Translations under genes and position numbers: made by a program
In this document: positions 24,698 to 38,057 of the stretch, piece after piece
Numbering within the stretch: position 1 is the first letter of the stretch
Layout of the letters: each line of letters begins with the position of its first letter
From: Mustelus asterias
Lineage: Eukaryota
Direction: 5' to 3'
DNA length: 64,000 nucleotides
Assembly: GCF_964213995.1 (NCBI RefSeq)
Contig: NC_135816.1
Span: forward strand, 19,654,001 to 19,718,000
Notes under the pieces: generated by a model
The model's database searches: none
Seen by the model: the letters and a program-made list of their open reading frames with translations, nothing else
Told to the model about the DNA's origin: nothing

Positions 24698-25179
24698 AAT
24701 CCCTACAGTGCAGGAGGAGGCCATTCGGCCCATTGAGCCTGCAACGACAACAATCCTACCCAGGACCCATCTCTGTAACTCCAAGTATTTACCCTGCTAA
24801 TCCCCCTGATACTAAATGGCAATTTACCATGGCCAATCCACCTAACCCGCACATCTTCGGATATACCGCTTGGAATACCAAGATCTGTTAGCACCAATAG
24901 ATAGCGAAATGCGTTACAAAGACAAAAGGCTTCCTGATGTATGGGATCTAATTCAGAATTATTTCCTCAGAACAGTGTTTTATCCATGTTTACGAGATTG
25001 CATGAGCAGGTTGTCTGATGAGGTTGGACAGGTAGGGCTTGTTTCCACTGGAGTTTATGAGAATGGGAAGTAACTTGATTGAAGTATATAAGATCCTGAA
25101 TGGACTTGACAAGGTGGACGTGGAAAGGATGTTTCTTCTTGTGGGTGAGCCCAGAGTTAGGGGTCACGTTTTAAAGTTA

Positions 25180-25725
25180 AGAAAGCCCACCAACGTCTCT
25201 ACTTTCTCAGAAGAGTAAGGAAATTTGGCATGTTAGCTACGACTCTCACCAACTTTTACAGATGCACCATAGAAAGCATTCTTTCTGGTTGTATCACAGC
25301 TTGGTATGGCTCCTACTCTGCCCAAGACCGCAAGGAACAACAAAAGTCGTGAATGTAGCCCAATCCATCACACAAACCAGCCTCCCATCCATTGACTCTG
25401 TATACACTTCCCACTGTCTCGAAAAAGCAGCCAGCATAATTAAGGACCCCACATACCCTGGACCTTCTCTCTTCCACCTTCTTCATATAATTCAAAAGTC
25501 TGAGGTCACGTACCAACTGACTCAAGAACAGCTTCTTCCCTGTTGCCGTCAGACTTTTGAATGGACCTACCTTGCATTAAGTAGATTTTTCTCTACACCC
25601 TAGCTATGACTGTAACACTACATTCTGCACTCTCTCGTTTCCTTCTCTATGAACGGTATGCTTTGTCTCTATAGCACGCAAGAAACAATACTTTTCACTT
25701 TGTTAATAATAATAACAATAAATCA
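25180..25725 (+). mobile_element. Rex1/Babar-type LINE 3' fragment nested in an older CR1 end (about 24950-25990)
   Basis: NFYRCTIESILS / ITQTSLPSIDSVYTSHC / KNSFFP-type sequence plus the tail. Confidence 0.8.
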
Positions 25726-26103
25726 AAAAATTAGGGTTAGCCTTTATAGGACAGCGATGGGCAGAAATTCTTTCTCTCAGGGTTGAGCGACTTTGGAACA
25801 CTCTCAGAAAGTGGTGGATCATTGAAAATTTTTAAGGCAGAGGTGGGTAGATTCTTGCTACGCAAGGGAATCAAAGGTTATCGGGGGGAGATGGGAATGT
25901 GGCACTCAACACAAACAGATCAACCAGGATCCTACTGAATGGCAGAGCAGGCTCAAGGGGCTGAATGGCCCACTTCTGCTCATATTTGGTATAATTGTAC
26001 CTCTTTCCCTGCCTTTTAGCAGCACATCTTTGTATTGTTTTAAGTGTTTAGCTACAATGACATTTTAAGTCCTAAGAATATGTTGTATATGTTTGTCTGA
26101 CAG

Positions 26104-26273
26104 AAATGGAGCACTGCAACTGGGATTCTGCTGATGAAATCCACAGATCTTTGATGGTGGACCATGTGAATGAAGTGGGACAGTGGATGGTCGGAGTGAA
26201 ACGCCTCATTGCTGAATCCAAAAATCTACCATCTGACCTTACTGCAAACAGAGATTGTGAATCAGAAAACTGA
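26104..26273 (+). CDS. SRA1: SRA1 exon 5 (last)
   Basis: [38 protein letters not shown]...SEN*. Total CDS 654 nt = 217 aa. Confidence 0.95.
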
Positions 26274-28762
26274 GGGGCTAGGTCTAAACCGTTCATGATG
26301 ATCCAACTGACAACTCTGCTCTTCTGTGAGAATGCAGTCAAGGACCAAAATTATAAAACATCAACAACAGGAATGAGGAGAAGGCAATACTTGTCAATGA
26401 TTCCTGCATTAAGCAGGAAGAAAGCATGTATTTGGGCTGTATTCTTATCTCGAGACTGTTCAAGAGTTTACAAAAGCACTTTAGTCTTAAAGAAATGGAC
26501 TGAGCTTTTCGGTGACTTGGCCACTGCTGCAATTATCAAATCCTTGTATTCTGTTTGGAAGGCAAATGTCAGATGTTGACTATTATCAGTTTCCTCTGCC
26601 ACAGAGAATACAGCCAAGTCTTATTGCTTCAAGCACTTAGGCCTCTTCCAGGGCGGACTTTTATTTTTTTACATGTATTGTCTTCCTGACGTCTGTAGAA
26701 ATTAGCTTTCCATTTAACTCTACCGCAAGTAATTCAGAAACTGTGGCCTTCCTGCTGCAATTTTATATTTTTAAAACTATTAAAGATTCAAAGTGAAGAG
26801 TTATCTTGGAATAACTTTGGAATATCATGTGCGTGTAATTTTTTTTCATTTTATCAAAAAACATACTTCTTTCATTCATACACACCTATGTATACGATGT
26901 TCTTATTTGAAATGTGCTGGATGATTGGATGTGATGCGGATAGCTGAATGTTTGGTCTGCGCAGAGCTGCACTAATATGAAGGTTGTTTCACTCCCTCAT
27001 CCTGACAAAACTGAGACTGGGAAATGCTCTCTGGAAAAATAAAAACTTTTGATAGGTGCAAATATTGCCTTTTTTTAAGTTCTTTTTCTAACTTGCAGAA
27101 GGTTTGCCCGGCAACTTAGCCCCTTAATTGTAAAATTGCACTTTTGTCTGTACTTTTTTTCCCTCAAGTTTTCCAAGTTATTCAATTTGGAACATATATT
27201 TTGGGCGGCATGGGGCATCGTGCTGAGCACTGCAGCCTCACAGTGCCGGGGACCCGAGTTCAATTCCAACCTTGGGTTATTATATGCAATTTGCACGTTC
27301 TTCCCGTGTCGATCGGAACCCTCATCACAAATGAAGGGCTTTTACAATTATAGGTTATATCGTTATTATTATGTTTCCACTTTTGTCAAACAACAAAATG
27401 GGGATGGGGTGAAAGCATTAGTGAAATGTGCTACACCTTGGTGTACTGGGCACCTTGGAATTACAAAGAGGGGCGAAAAGTAAGTATATTTAATTCTTAT
27501 ACTAATATTGTGGATGTAATCTTTTTTTTAACCAGTCTTGTCTCACTCCTTGTTTGCATCAAGTTGAGGAAGGTGCAGATAGATGCCCGCTAATATTTAT
27601 GGTGCACGTTTGGCCTGCAATTTCACCAGGAGTGAAATTATTATTTTGAAAAGAAGGTGGCGTCACAGTTGAACCCGATCTTGTCACAGCGATTACCACA
27701 TATACGTGATTAGCTGGGATTACTGAGCAGATTCCAGTATCGGCAGCAATTTGCTTTTATTACTGAACAGTGATTCGTTCTTTTCAAAAAAAAATGAGAT
27801 GGATGCTATCTTTGTGTTTATCTAAAGTGTTTTTTTAAACAATGACAAATCAGAATAAATGCTGTACTTGGGTATCTCAGTAATTGAGACACAGCCCCTT
27901 GAGCTCAAGTGAGCAATGAAATTAGCTAAAGCTGATCTAATTCAGGGCTGATTAAATAACCCTGTTAATCATAAAATTTTACATTTGCAGTTTTTTTTCG
28001 ACTATTAGCTTTAAATTTACACAGAAGGTTTCTTGTTTCAAACCTTGCAAACTTTGATTTAACTTAGCACATACCTTTGAGGGATCAAATGTCAGATAAT
28101 GTTTAGATTCATGAATTCTGTTTGTTGTACAACTTGGAACATTTTGAAATCTTGGGATTTGTAGTTAGAATGTATCTCAGTTACTGAACTGAGTGCTTTG
28201 CTGCATAGATTGTTACACTGCAGTGATAATATTGTGACCCTGATCTGCCAAGCCTCCTCACTCACGTCTAGTCTCATTCATTTTCACCTATACTTTTAAA
28301 TCAGTGTATTGTGCTTATGGTAAAAGCAAATGACTGCAGATGCTGGAATCTGAAACAAAAACCGAAAAATGCTGGAAAATCTCAGCAGGTCTGACAGCAT
28401 CCGTGAAACGAGAATAGAGCCAACGTTTCAAGTCTGGATGACTTCATCAAAGGGTCATCCAGACCTGAGATTTTACAAAATTTTTTGGTACTGTGCTCAT
28501 GTTGGTTGGCTGGATGGGGGAACAACAGCTACAGGTATGCCAGTGATTTTGTAGATTGTCACATTTGCCAATCACACATTTCACTTTGCTGGATGTTGAC
28601 AATTGGACTTTCCAGAATACACTCCCATCAGGAATGAATGACATTGATTTGATTTATTATTGTTACAGTGAAAAATATTGTTTCTTGTGCACTGTACAGA
28701 CAAAGCATACTGTACAGCTGGATTGGTAGTAGGTTAGTAGGGATGAGCCTTTCATTATAACG

Positions 28763-28917
28763 AGAAGTCTCACAATACCAGGTTGAAGTCCAACAGGTTT
28801 ATTTGGAATCATGAGCTTTCAGAGCGCTGTTCCTTCATCAGGTGAGTCACACTGCGTTGTGTCGTGAGACTTCTTACCGTGCCCACCCCAGTCCAACTCT
28901 GGCATCTCCAGACCATT
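28763..28917. mobile_element. Short Penelope family A element with a hammerhead motif, just upstream of the SPCS3-like gene
   Basis: 9-bp TSD attataacg (28754-28762 and 28918-28926). The minus strand reads ucac-CUGAUGA-aggaacagcgcucu-GAAA-GCUC-auga. Confidence 0.7.
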
Positions 28918-29147
28918 ATTATAACGTAGTGTCAGCATCAAAACTCTGAATTTATTTGAAGATCTGCATCTGAATGGCTGGTGAGTGGATGTAGAATTGG
29001 GAATTCTGAACTAGAGCAGGTGCAAGCCAGAGGTGTGAACAGTGGGTGGGGGCTGGGAACCTTTGTTCCGAGGTGCAGCGGTTGCGCCGGAGTGTTTTGA
29101 GCGCGGGGGCCGCTGGCACAGCCGCTGCTGGGGTGGGTGTGTGGAGG

Positions 29148-29290
29148 ATGAACAGCCTGACCGCCCGCTTCAACTCGCTGTTCGTCTTCACTCTGATGGT
29201 GATGGCGGCGCTGACTTTCCTGGTGTTCCTGAGTACAGTGTTCCAGCAACCCCGGGTACCAGTCAACATCCGTGTGGGCAGCATCTCTCT
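29148..29290 (+). CDS. Signal peptidase complex subunit 3-like (SPC22/23), exon 1
   Basis: MNSLTARFNSLFVFTLMVMAALTF...VPVNIRVGSIS|gtgagt, with an N-terminal transmembrane helix; 143 nt, in a small CpG-rich patch. Confidence 0.92.
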
Positions 29291-29914
29291 GTGAGTGCGG
29301 CTGGCAGCTCTAACTCTTCACCTTGTGGGGTCCAGCACTGGAGACTGGGCCTCGCTTACAACCTGATGCAAATTGACAGTTCCCCAGGAAAGGCAGTGGA
29401 GAAGGGGGGGATTTGTTTTGTAGAAAATCAAGGCGGAGGGGTTGACTATATAGAGATGTATTGCAAGTTGAGAGTCTTTGTTAATAACTAGAGTTACTGT
29501 GTACGCCCTGGTGGGTCAGGAGTACAGGTGGGTCTTGAGAATTAAGTGTAGAGGAGGAGTGAAGTTGGTTCTGTTGTGAAGAGTCCAAAACAAACATATA
29601 ATTTCAAAGAGTATCTCGGGAGTAAATCAGAATGGTTAGATTGTGGAGCTTGCGGCATATGAGGTGCATGGTATAGATAGGTGCCTTTATGGGAAAGGTA
29701 GGTGAGCAGTGAAGGAGAAAGGAATAGGATGGCATGCGAAGCAGAGTCAGGTGAAGTAGGATGGAAGATACCAGCATAGAGCAGTGAGACCAAATGACCT
29801 GTTTCTGGTCATTTTGTCAGTAATGCTCCTTTCACTAACTGCACAGCTGGATTTGTGTTCTCAAATTTAGTTTGTCTCAGTTTGTCTCCTCTGATAACTT
29901 GGAATACAATCAAA

Positions 29915-30180
29915 AAGTAAAGTTTATTTATTACTCACAAGTAAGGCTCACATTAACACTGCATTGAAGTTCCTCTCGTCGCCACACTCCACTACCTGTT
30001 CGGGTCAATGCACCTAACCAGCACGTCTTTCAGACTGGGAGGAAACTGGAGCACTCGGAGGAAACCCACGCAGACAGGGGAGAATGTGCAAACTCCACAT
30101 GGATAGTGACCCAAGCTGGGAATCGAACCCGGGTCCCTGGCGTTGTGAGAAAGCAGTGCTAACCACTGTGCCACCGTGCC
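29915..30180 (-). mobile_element. V-SINE, alternative tail
   Basis: SINE head and core on the minus strand. Confidence 0.85.
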
Positions 30181-30189
30181 ACCCAATCA

Positions 30190-31455
30190 TCTCTGGGAAT
30201 AATAAGACAGATTATTACTTGAATGGATGTAGATTGAGAGAGATGGATACTCAACGAGACCTTGGAGTCCTCGTGCATCAGTCGCTGAAAGTAAGCACGC
30301 AGGTACAGCAGGCAGTAAATAAGGCAAATGGTATGTTGGCCTTCATAGCAAGAGGATTTGAGAATAGAGATAGAGATGTTTTGCTGCAATTGTATAGGGC
30401 GTTGGTAAGGCCACATCTGGAGTATTATAAGCAATTTTGATGTCCTTGTCTGAGGAAGGATGTCCTTGCTATTATGGAAATTAAGTTGCAACAATGATGG
30501 CAGACAGCTCCGTCAGCAAGAATGGAAAGTGCTTATGTGCAGGCAAGGCCTAGGAAAGGTCAGTGGTTGCTTATTCAGAGAAGTGACTAATCTAACCTTG
30601 TGTCAGTTTCTTAAACACTGTATTCCCGGCCATGGTCGCAGGATGACCAAAGCCAAGTACCAGAACAAATACCAAAAACAAGATGTGGTGACATATTATG
30701 CTAATGATGGATTAGAAGGAGATGGTTTCTATTGGATAAGAAAGGACAATAAGCTATACTATAATTGGTGGACTATGTATGTAAGTTCAGGATTAGAATG
30801 TTGCTAGTTTCTCGTTTGCTGGAATGAACTATAACTGCAAATCAACTGTATGAATCGATGGAACACCGAGCAGTGCATCCCACTGTGTGTGTTCTCCTTG
30901 TGCACAAATAATAAAGCTTGAAAGTTTGAGTACACTTGGTGCCATAGTTTTGATTGTACCCAAGTCGACTACACTATAGAGGGAGTACAACAAAGGCTGA
31001 TTCCTGGGATGGCAGGTCTGTCATATGAGCATAGACTAAATTGGTTAGGATTATGGTCAATGGAATTTAGAAGAGTGAGAGGGGACCTCTTAGAAACTTA
31101 TAAAATTCGAACAGGGTTAGACAGGGTAGATTCAGAAAGAATGTTCCCAATGGTGGGGGAGTCCAGAACTAGGGGTCATAGTTTGAGGATAAGGGGTAAA
31201 CCTTTTAGAACTGAGGTGAGGAGAAATTTCTCCACCCAGAGGGTGGTGAATGTGTGGAATTCACTGCCACCGAATGTAATTGAAGCCGAAACGTTGTCTG
31301 ATTTCAAGAAGAAATTAGATGTAGCTCTTGGGGCTAAAGGGATATGGGGGAAAGGGGGATCAGGATATTGAATTCGATGATCAACCTTGATCAAAATGAA
31401 TGGTGGAGCAGGCTCGAAGGGCTGAATGGCCTCCTCCTGCTTCTAGTTTCTATGT
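30190..31455 (+). mobile_element. CR1 3' fragment split by a solo LTR
   Basis: QRDLGVLVH...LVRPHLEY lies before the insertion and MAGLSYE...RTRGH after it. Confidence 0.85.
30473..30973 (+). mobile_element. Solo LTR (501 bp)
   Basis: 4-bp TSD ctat (30469-30472 and 30974-30977), termini tat...aca, and AATAAA near 30910. Removing it restores the CR1 sequence. Confidence 0.7.
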
Positions 31456-31768
31456 TAATGAGAGGTATAGACTGATTCATAGCTTCTAAACATTAATTCT
31501 CGTCTATCTTTAGCATGTCTCCATTATAATTTTAACAATGTTATTGGTTTGTTATTTTCAAAATCCCAATCCTGAATTACATGCTGGCTTTCGTGTATGA
31601 GACAGTATAAAACGCTGTCTGAGGAGAAGTAGTAGAAACTGCTGTTAACTCTTTAGTAATTATATTTTATTTACTATAAATAATTTACATTTATTTCTGT
31701 AACCAAACATACCATCGTTTACATTGAGCAGGAGGAAAGGTTGAAATGAAAAGTGATCTGAAGCACTG

Positions 31769-32097
31769 GGGCGGCACGGTGGCACAGTGGTTAGCACTGC
31801 TGCCTCACAGCTCCAGGGACCTGAGTTCGATTCCCGGCTTGGGTCACTGTCTGTGTGGAGTTTGCACATCCTCCCCGTGTCTGCGTGGGTTTCCTCCGGG
31901 TGCTCCGGTTTCCTCCCACAGTCTGAAAGGTGTGCAGGTTAGGTGCATTGGCCATGCTAAATTGCCCCTTATTGTCCCGGGATATGTAGGTCAAAGGGAT
32001 TAGTGGGGCAAATGTGGGGATAGGGCTTGGGGTGGGATTGCTCTGTGCAGACTTGATGGGCTGAATGGCCTCCTTCTGCATTGTAGGGTTTCTATGA
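31769..32097 (+). mobile_element. HE1-like SINE
   Basis: Full head, core and CR1-like tail. Confidence 0.88.
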
Positions 32098-34282
32098 TTA
32101 AAACAAAAAGGTACTATTTGAGGATAAAGAACATTTGGGTAAGGCAATGAGAGTTTGAGACATGATGGGCAAAATCCAGCGGTTTGTGATTGAAGGCTCT
32201 GACACCCATGGTGGAGCAGCAGAAAGAGGGAAGGGGGCAGGGGCACAGTAACCAAATGTGGAAGAGCAAAGAATGTGTAATAGAACGTAGCAGAATGTGA
32301 AGATTTTGAAATTCATGTGCTGGTGCACGTGGAACCAGTACAGATGAAACATGTGGATATTGGCTGCCTGGGAAAAGATGGAACCTACAGAACTCTAGAC
32401 GAGATCGACTTTTCTTGGCTTGGAAAAAAAAAATCAAACCTCATGGTAGGAAGGATACAATTGAGCGTTTTTAACTACAGTGGAAATCTGGCCAAGTGAT
32501 GTCTGGTTAGATGTTGGAGCAACGTAGAATTTGAAGCTGACCTGGTGCTGAGAAATATAGTGACCCAATGCTTCAGACCGTGGGGATTTTTATTTAATAA
32601 TACTATCCCACTGGTATCATTTTCAATATCATCTGAGCTTTTCATTGTAAGGGTTCATATTATAATTGACAGCCTGTTTTTTCTGTTACTTCATTCACTA
32701 CAATTCGTTTTATTATTGTCCCATTCCTTAATTTGTCATTTATTAGAATGAGAATTTAAGTACAGTTTCAGTTTTGCGTAATTTTGGAAAGCTATGCCGT
32801 ATTTTTCAGATTATTTCCTGTCTTGATATACTAGGTTTACCAGCTCTGATGTCTCTTGATCAGTATCCGGCCTTGACAGTCATTGCTGGATTGTTTGGAG
32901 CAGATTGGCGTAGAGCTTGTGACTGACATGAAATTAAACACCTCCTCCTCTTGATTTGTTGTTGATTCAGGAGAATAGTACAAAGTTAGAAGTTTAAAAA
33001 TGTGTTTTGTTTCCTATCTACAAGTATTAAAGAATCCAAACCATTCTAAGTATCATCCTGAACCTAACTCCTTCAATGTATTTCAGTCCTGATGTTGTGT
33101 TTTATTCATTAGTATTCTTGCTTTCTATTCCTATTTAAGTTAAAATTTACACCTTGTAAAATTAAACTTAGCACATCAGATGTACAAGTTTCAAGTATCA
33201 TTTCAAACAAAGTACAAGTTCAAAGGTATCCCAATGCAGTCTACTTTTGTGCTCCACATTATCACCTGATTCTTCAATCCTCTTATTTTACAGTATATTT
33301 CAGTCAACTTGTCCATATTCATTATGATAAAAGACTGCTTCAAAACCAATTACTATAATTTTGGATGATCATGACTTTTTCTACTAACAAGAATGGGAAT
33401 AGAAAATGGAATTCATGGAAATTTATAGTAATATAGGTGTACTAAGTAGTTTACTCAAGTTCTTCCCCCACCTCCCCATTTACTGTTATAAGGTGCAGAA
33501 ATAATGGTAAAATTATTAATTTGCTTTAAATATACACCCATTACTTTTACATACTGTGTGGCAGAAAATTCCCTGATAATCCCTGCAGTATTGATGTCAC
33601 ATTTATTACTCTTTCAGTGTGAACATCATCATGCATGAATGATGCCACCCCATGGATTTGGGCATGGATTACAGCACCAAGTGTCAGTTTAAGCCAGGTA
33701 TTATGTGGGCCTTGCAATTCATAACATAACTAATTAATTGAATTACTGCCTAATAGCTCCCTCCCAACCAACTGCTATCTTACATGTCGATATCAGCAAA
33801 TTTCCCAGCAGTGAAAATAACTCTGTTATTATTGTATGAAAGTGTCTGTGGCAGCCACCGGCATGCGGTGGACATTTCTCAAAGCTGTTTCCATTTCTCT
33901 TCACCGCAAGAACAAAGAGATCAGCTCTGGAAAATTTTGCAAAATGGTTGAATAATTTATTGCTTAAAAAAAATTCCTTGTGCCTTTTCTGTTTTTAAAT
34001 TGTAAGACGTTTCACAACACCAGGTTATGTATCCACATCATGTATTTAAATTGTAATGGGTGTATTCTAGGACATTGCCTAGGTAGTGATAAACTAACTT
34101 TTCACCCACTTTGTGAAACTTTGTGAATTTTCACTATCAAAAAAAAAGCTTCAAGTGTGTGAAATGATAAGGTAAGATCTCTTCTGCTGTACATGTGGGG
34201 AATATAAGAGCATAGTACTGTGGGGGAAGGAGAGGAAGAGTGTTGCCTGTGTTTTGGAGTACATTTCTTTTTTCTATTTCAG

Positions 34283-34347
34283 AAAACAATATGAAGATTA
34301 CACCGGAAAGTATGATTTAGGATCTGTACATTTTAGCATTTATGTTG
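34283..34347 (+). CDS. SPCS3-like exon 2
   Basis: tttcag|a KQYEDYTGKYDLGSVHFSIYV g|ATATCCTTT (U12 donor); 65 nt. Confidence 0.88.
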
Positions 34348-35349
34348 ATATCCTTTTTTATACGTTATTCACTAAGCTAAGGACTGGGATTCTTGGTTAG
34401 GTATAAAAATGTAGGAATTGCTAAATGAATAAAGACCACTGTCCATCTAATTTGCCTCCTACCATCCCAGTCGTTGCATGGTACAAAGATAATGATGGTA
34501 TTATCGAGCCCTGACACTTATTTTACAATATTCACTGATAGCAGGTCCTTAACTTGCCCACACAATCTGTGACATGTGAGACATTAATACCCAGCTGCTC
34601 AACATTGGTTATGTAATCTGAAAACGGAAAAATACTTGGGGCTAACCAGGCCAAAAAAGAAAATGGTACTGTTTCCACTGGCAGAATGCATAAGATAATG
34701 AGCAAAGAAATTCAAGAGGAGCAATGAGGAGACATTTTATTCTGCATGGAGTTGTTAGGATCTCAAATGTATCACCTGAAAAAAACTGGTGGAAGCCATC
34801 CAGTGTCATCTTTAACAAAGGAATTCAATATATAAATCATCATAGAAACCCTACGGTACAGAAAGAGGCCATTCGGCCCATCGAGTCTGCACCGACCACA
34901 ACCCTACCCCCATATCCCTACATATTTTACCCACTAATCCCTCTAACCTACACATCTCAGGACACTAAGGGGCAATTTAAGCATAGCCAATCAACCTAAC
35001 CCGCACATCTTTGGAATGTGGGAGGAAACCGGAGCACCCGGAGGAAACCCACGAAATGAAAAAGAGAAAATTGCAGGACTAATGCAAAAGAACAGTGGAG
35101 AGAGGTTGATTGAATAGCTTTTTCAAAATTTCAACACAGGCACAATGGACCAAATGGCCGCCTTCTGTGCTCTTTGATTCTGAGGTGAAACAACCCCAAA
35201 CTGTGGAGATATTTGGGAATCTTAGATCCAAGTCATCTATTCTTCCCGAGCACATTACATTTACAATCCAAAGTTACCTGTTCTTCCCGAGCACGTTACA
35301 TTTACAATATGCCATATATTACTTGTTTGTGTCACAAAATATGTTCAAA

Positions 35350-35985
35350 TCAGGAGTAGGTGTAGGCCACTTGACCCCTCAAGCCTGTTCCGTCATTCGG
35401 CTGATCCAACCATAGCCCCAGCCTCACATTCCTGCCTACCTCAGTAATCTTTCACCCCCTTGTTAATCAATATCTAGCTCTGCCTTAAAAATATTCAAAG
35501 AATCTGCTTCTGCTGCCTTTTGAGGGAGATTGTTCCAGTGATTCATGACCCTCGGAGAAAAACATTTCTCCTCATGTCTGTCTTCAATGACCCCTTATTT
35601 TTAAACAGTGATACCTGTTTTAGATTCTCCAACAAGAGGAAATATCCACTCCACATCCACTCAGTTACTACCCCTCAGGACCTTAAAAGTTTAAATCAAG
35701 TCGCCTCTTACTCTTCTAAACTTTAGTGGATACAAACCTAACCTCCACAACCTTGCCTCCTAAGGCAAGCTGCTCATTCCTGTCTACTAAATCTTCTCTG
35801 ATCTTCTAAAGCATCTTTCCTTAAATAAGGAGACCGATACTGTACACTACTCTAGATTTGGCCTCACCAATGTCCTGTACAACTGAAGCATAACCTCCCT
35901 ACTTTTATAATCAATTCCCCTCACAATAAAAGAGAAGATTCTGTTGGTTGCCCTAATTACTCACTTTACCTGTATACTAGCTTAG
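35350..35985 (-). mobile_element. Degraded CR1 3' fragment
   Basis: The reverse complement resembles the other CR1 ends (LYRTLVRP-LE region and 3' UTR). Confidence 0.65.
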
Positions 35986-36582
35986 CCTGTATTGCTGAAA
36001 TAAGTGTATCTCATTTAAAATTTGATGGTATTTTACCATTTTACCATGGAGTACAATTTTTTTCCACCATATCCCTATGAAGCCTGTTTCAAAAATTTAC
36101 TACTTGCTCATGGAAATAAGCTTTCCAAGTTATAACATAAATGCAGATGCCTGAATTCTCCATATAGCATGACCTGCCCAACCTCAAGGGCACCCCTCAC
36201 TGCACCAGTGTAATGTTTTTCCCTTTCACTCTTCAGCCATTTTGTTTGGATTGGTAATGCAAATTTGGTGTTATTTAATGCTGAATAATGGCCAGCTTGG
36301 AGAAAGACCAAATTGGCTTCATGTCTTAAAGCCAGCAGATGGTAAGGAGATTCATCTCCTTACTCTGGGCTGGATTTGAACCAAGGTACTAAGCTCTGTT
36401 AGCTTTTTCAAATTCTCTTAATTTCTTTTTTGCTAACCCATTTTTCCAATTATTCTGTCATCTTCAAGAGTAGATTGCAGGAACAGTTACCTTTGGTTGC
36501 TGTTGTGCACCAGCTGTTTTGACAGAAGCATGGATCAAGAAAAGGTCAGACAGAGCACAACCTGGAAAGGAAGAGGTCATTT

Positions 36583-36888
36583 GTGGCACAGTGGTTAGCC
36601 TCACAGTGCCAGGGACCCGGGTTCGATTCCCGGCTTGGGTCACTGTCTGTGCGGAGTCTGCACATTCTCCCCGTGTCTGCGAGGGTTTCCTCTGAGTGTT
36701 CCGGTTTCCTCCCAAAGTCCAAAGTTGTGCAGGCTAGGTAGATTGGCGATGCTAAATTGCCACTTAGTGTCAGGGAGACTAGCTAGGGTAAATACATGGG
36801 ATTATGGGATTGGGCCTGGGTGGGATTGTGGTTGGTGTAGACTCATTGGGCCGAATGGCCTCCTTCTGCACTGTAGGATTCTGTATGA
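36583..36888 (+). mobile_element. HE1-like SINE
   Basis: Head, core and tail. Confidence 0.85.
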
Positions 36889-36985
36889 TCCACATTCGGC
36901 AAATAGCCATGTTATCAAACTGCTTATTATAGGGGACTTGTATGAATTTATCCAAAACCCATATTTTCTTTAATTATTTATCTAC

Positions 36986-37062
36986 ATCTGGGACCTGTAT
37001 TCAACTGGAATGTTAAACAGCTTTTCCTGTATCTAGCAGCGGAATATGCTACAGAGAAGAAT
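36986..37062 (+). CDS. SPCS3-like exon 3
   Basis: DLGPVFNWNVKQLFLYLAAEYATEKN|gtaagt, containing the SPC22 family signature WNVKQLFLYL; 77 nt. Confidence 0.95.
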
Positions 37063-37380
37063 GTAAGTTGAATTTGCAAAGACGTGGCACATTGATAATA
37101 TGCAGACTGCCTACAATACGTCCATTTAGATGTACTGTTTACATATTCTTGCCTTTAATCATTAGTTGTTTGAGTATGATGTTCCATATTTTCAGTAATT
37201 TGACTCCTTTGTAATATTGCACAGCAGCATGTTACTGCTTTATTCTGTGCCTCATTGTAATATTTACTTTGACAGCATAGTGCAGTCTTATGATTTCTTC
37301 CTGCACCTCTTTTTCTTTATTAATGACTTGAAATTTGATCATTCCAACTCTTGTTTTTGTTCTGTTAACTTTCAACATAG

Positions 37381-37496
37381 ACATTGAATCAAGTGGTTCT
37401 ATGGGATAAAATCCTTCAGCGAGGAGAGAACCCTAGACTTAATCTTCCGAATGTGAGCCCTAAATATTTATTCTTGGATGATGGAAATGGTCTGAA
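37381..37496 (+). CDS. SPCS3-like exon 4
   Basis: [20 protein letters not shown]...[11 protein letters not shown]; 116 nt. Confidence 0.95.
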
Positions 37497-38057
37497 GTAA
37501 GTTTTTTAAAATTCTATTATTAAGAAAATAGAAAGAGGAAATTTAAAGGACTTTGGTGGACAATGTAACTTTTCTTGTTTGTTAACTATATTTTGCTGCT
37601 ATAGCACTCTGTTTTGGAGGATTGACATTTTGCACCAATTGGGGTCTTCAATAAAATCATACTTTTTAATATTCTAGGTTATAAGCTCTGTTTGGGAATT
37701 ATTCTACAATTGTTGTTCAAGAAGCATCAGTACATTGAATGATCCTCATGTCCACACCATTGTCACCTCCAATGTAGTCATTCCTTCACTGTCGCTGGGC
37801 CAAAATCCTGGAACAACCACCCCCCCACCCCCACCTTAATAGCACTGTGAGAGTGCCTGCACTTCATGGACTGCAGTGGTTCAAAAAGGCAGCTCACTCC
37901 CACCTTCTCGCGAGTAATTAGGGATTAATGCTGGCCTAATCAGTGACCCCACATCCTTTGAATGATTTTTTAAAAATCTAATGCTCCCTTGGCTGCCCTC
38001 ACATCCTCCATAAACTTCAGAAACTCTGTTTTGTTTATATCCTAACCTGGACTAAGG

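Larger units (their letters stand above)
34348..36985 (+). other. U12-type (minor spliceosome) AT-AC intron
   Basis: 5' ATATCCTTT, a branch-like TTTCTTTAAT at about 36965-36974, and 3' TCTAC. Joining at these sites preserves the reading frame. Confidence 0.88.

Noticed and set aside
35241-35308. 28-bp direct repeat pair
   Set aside because: It is a simple local slippage duplication in an intron.
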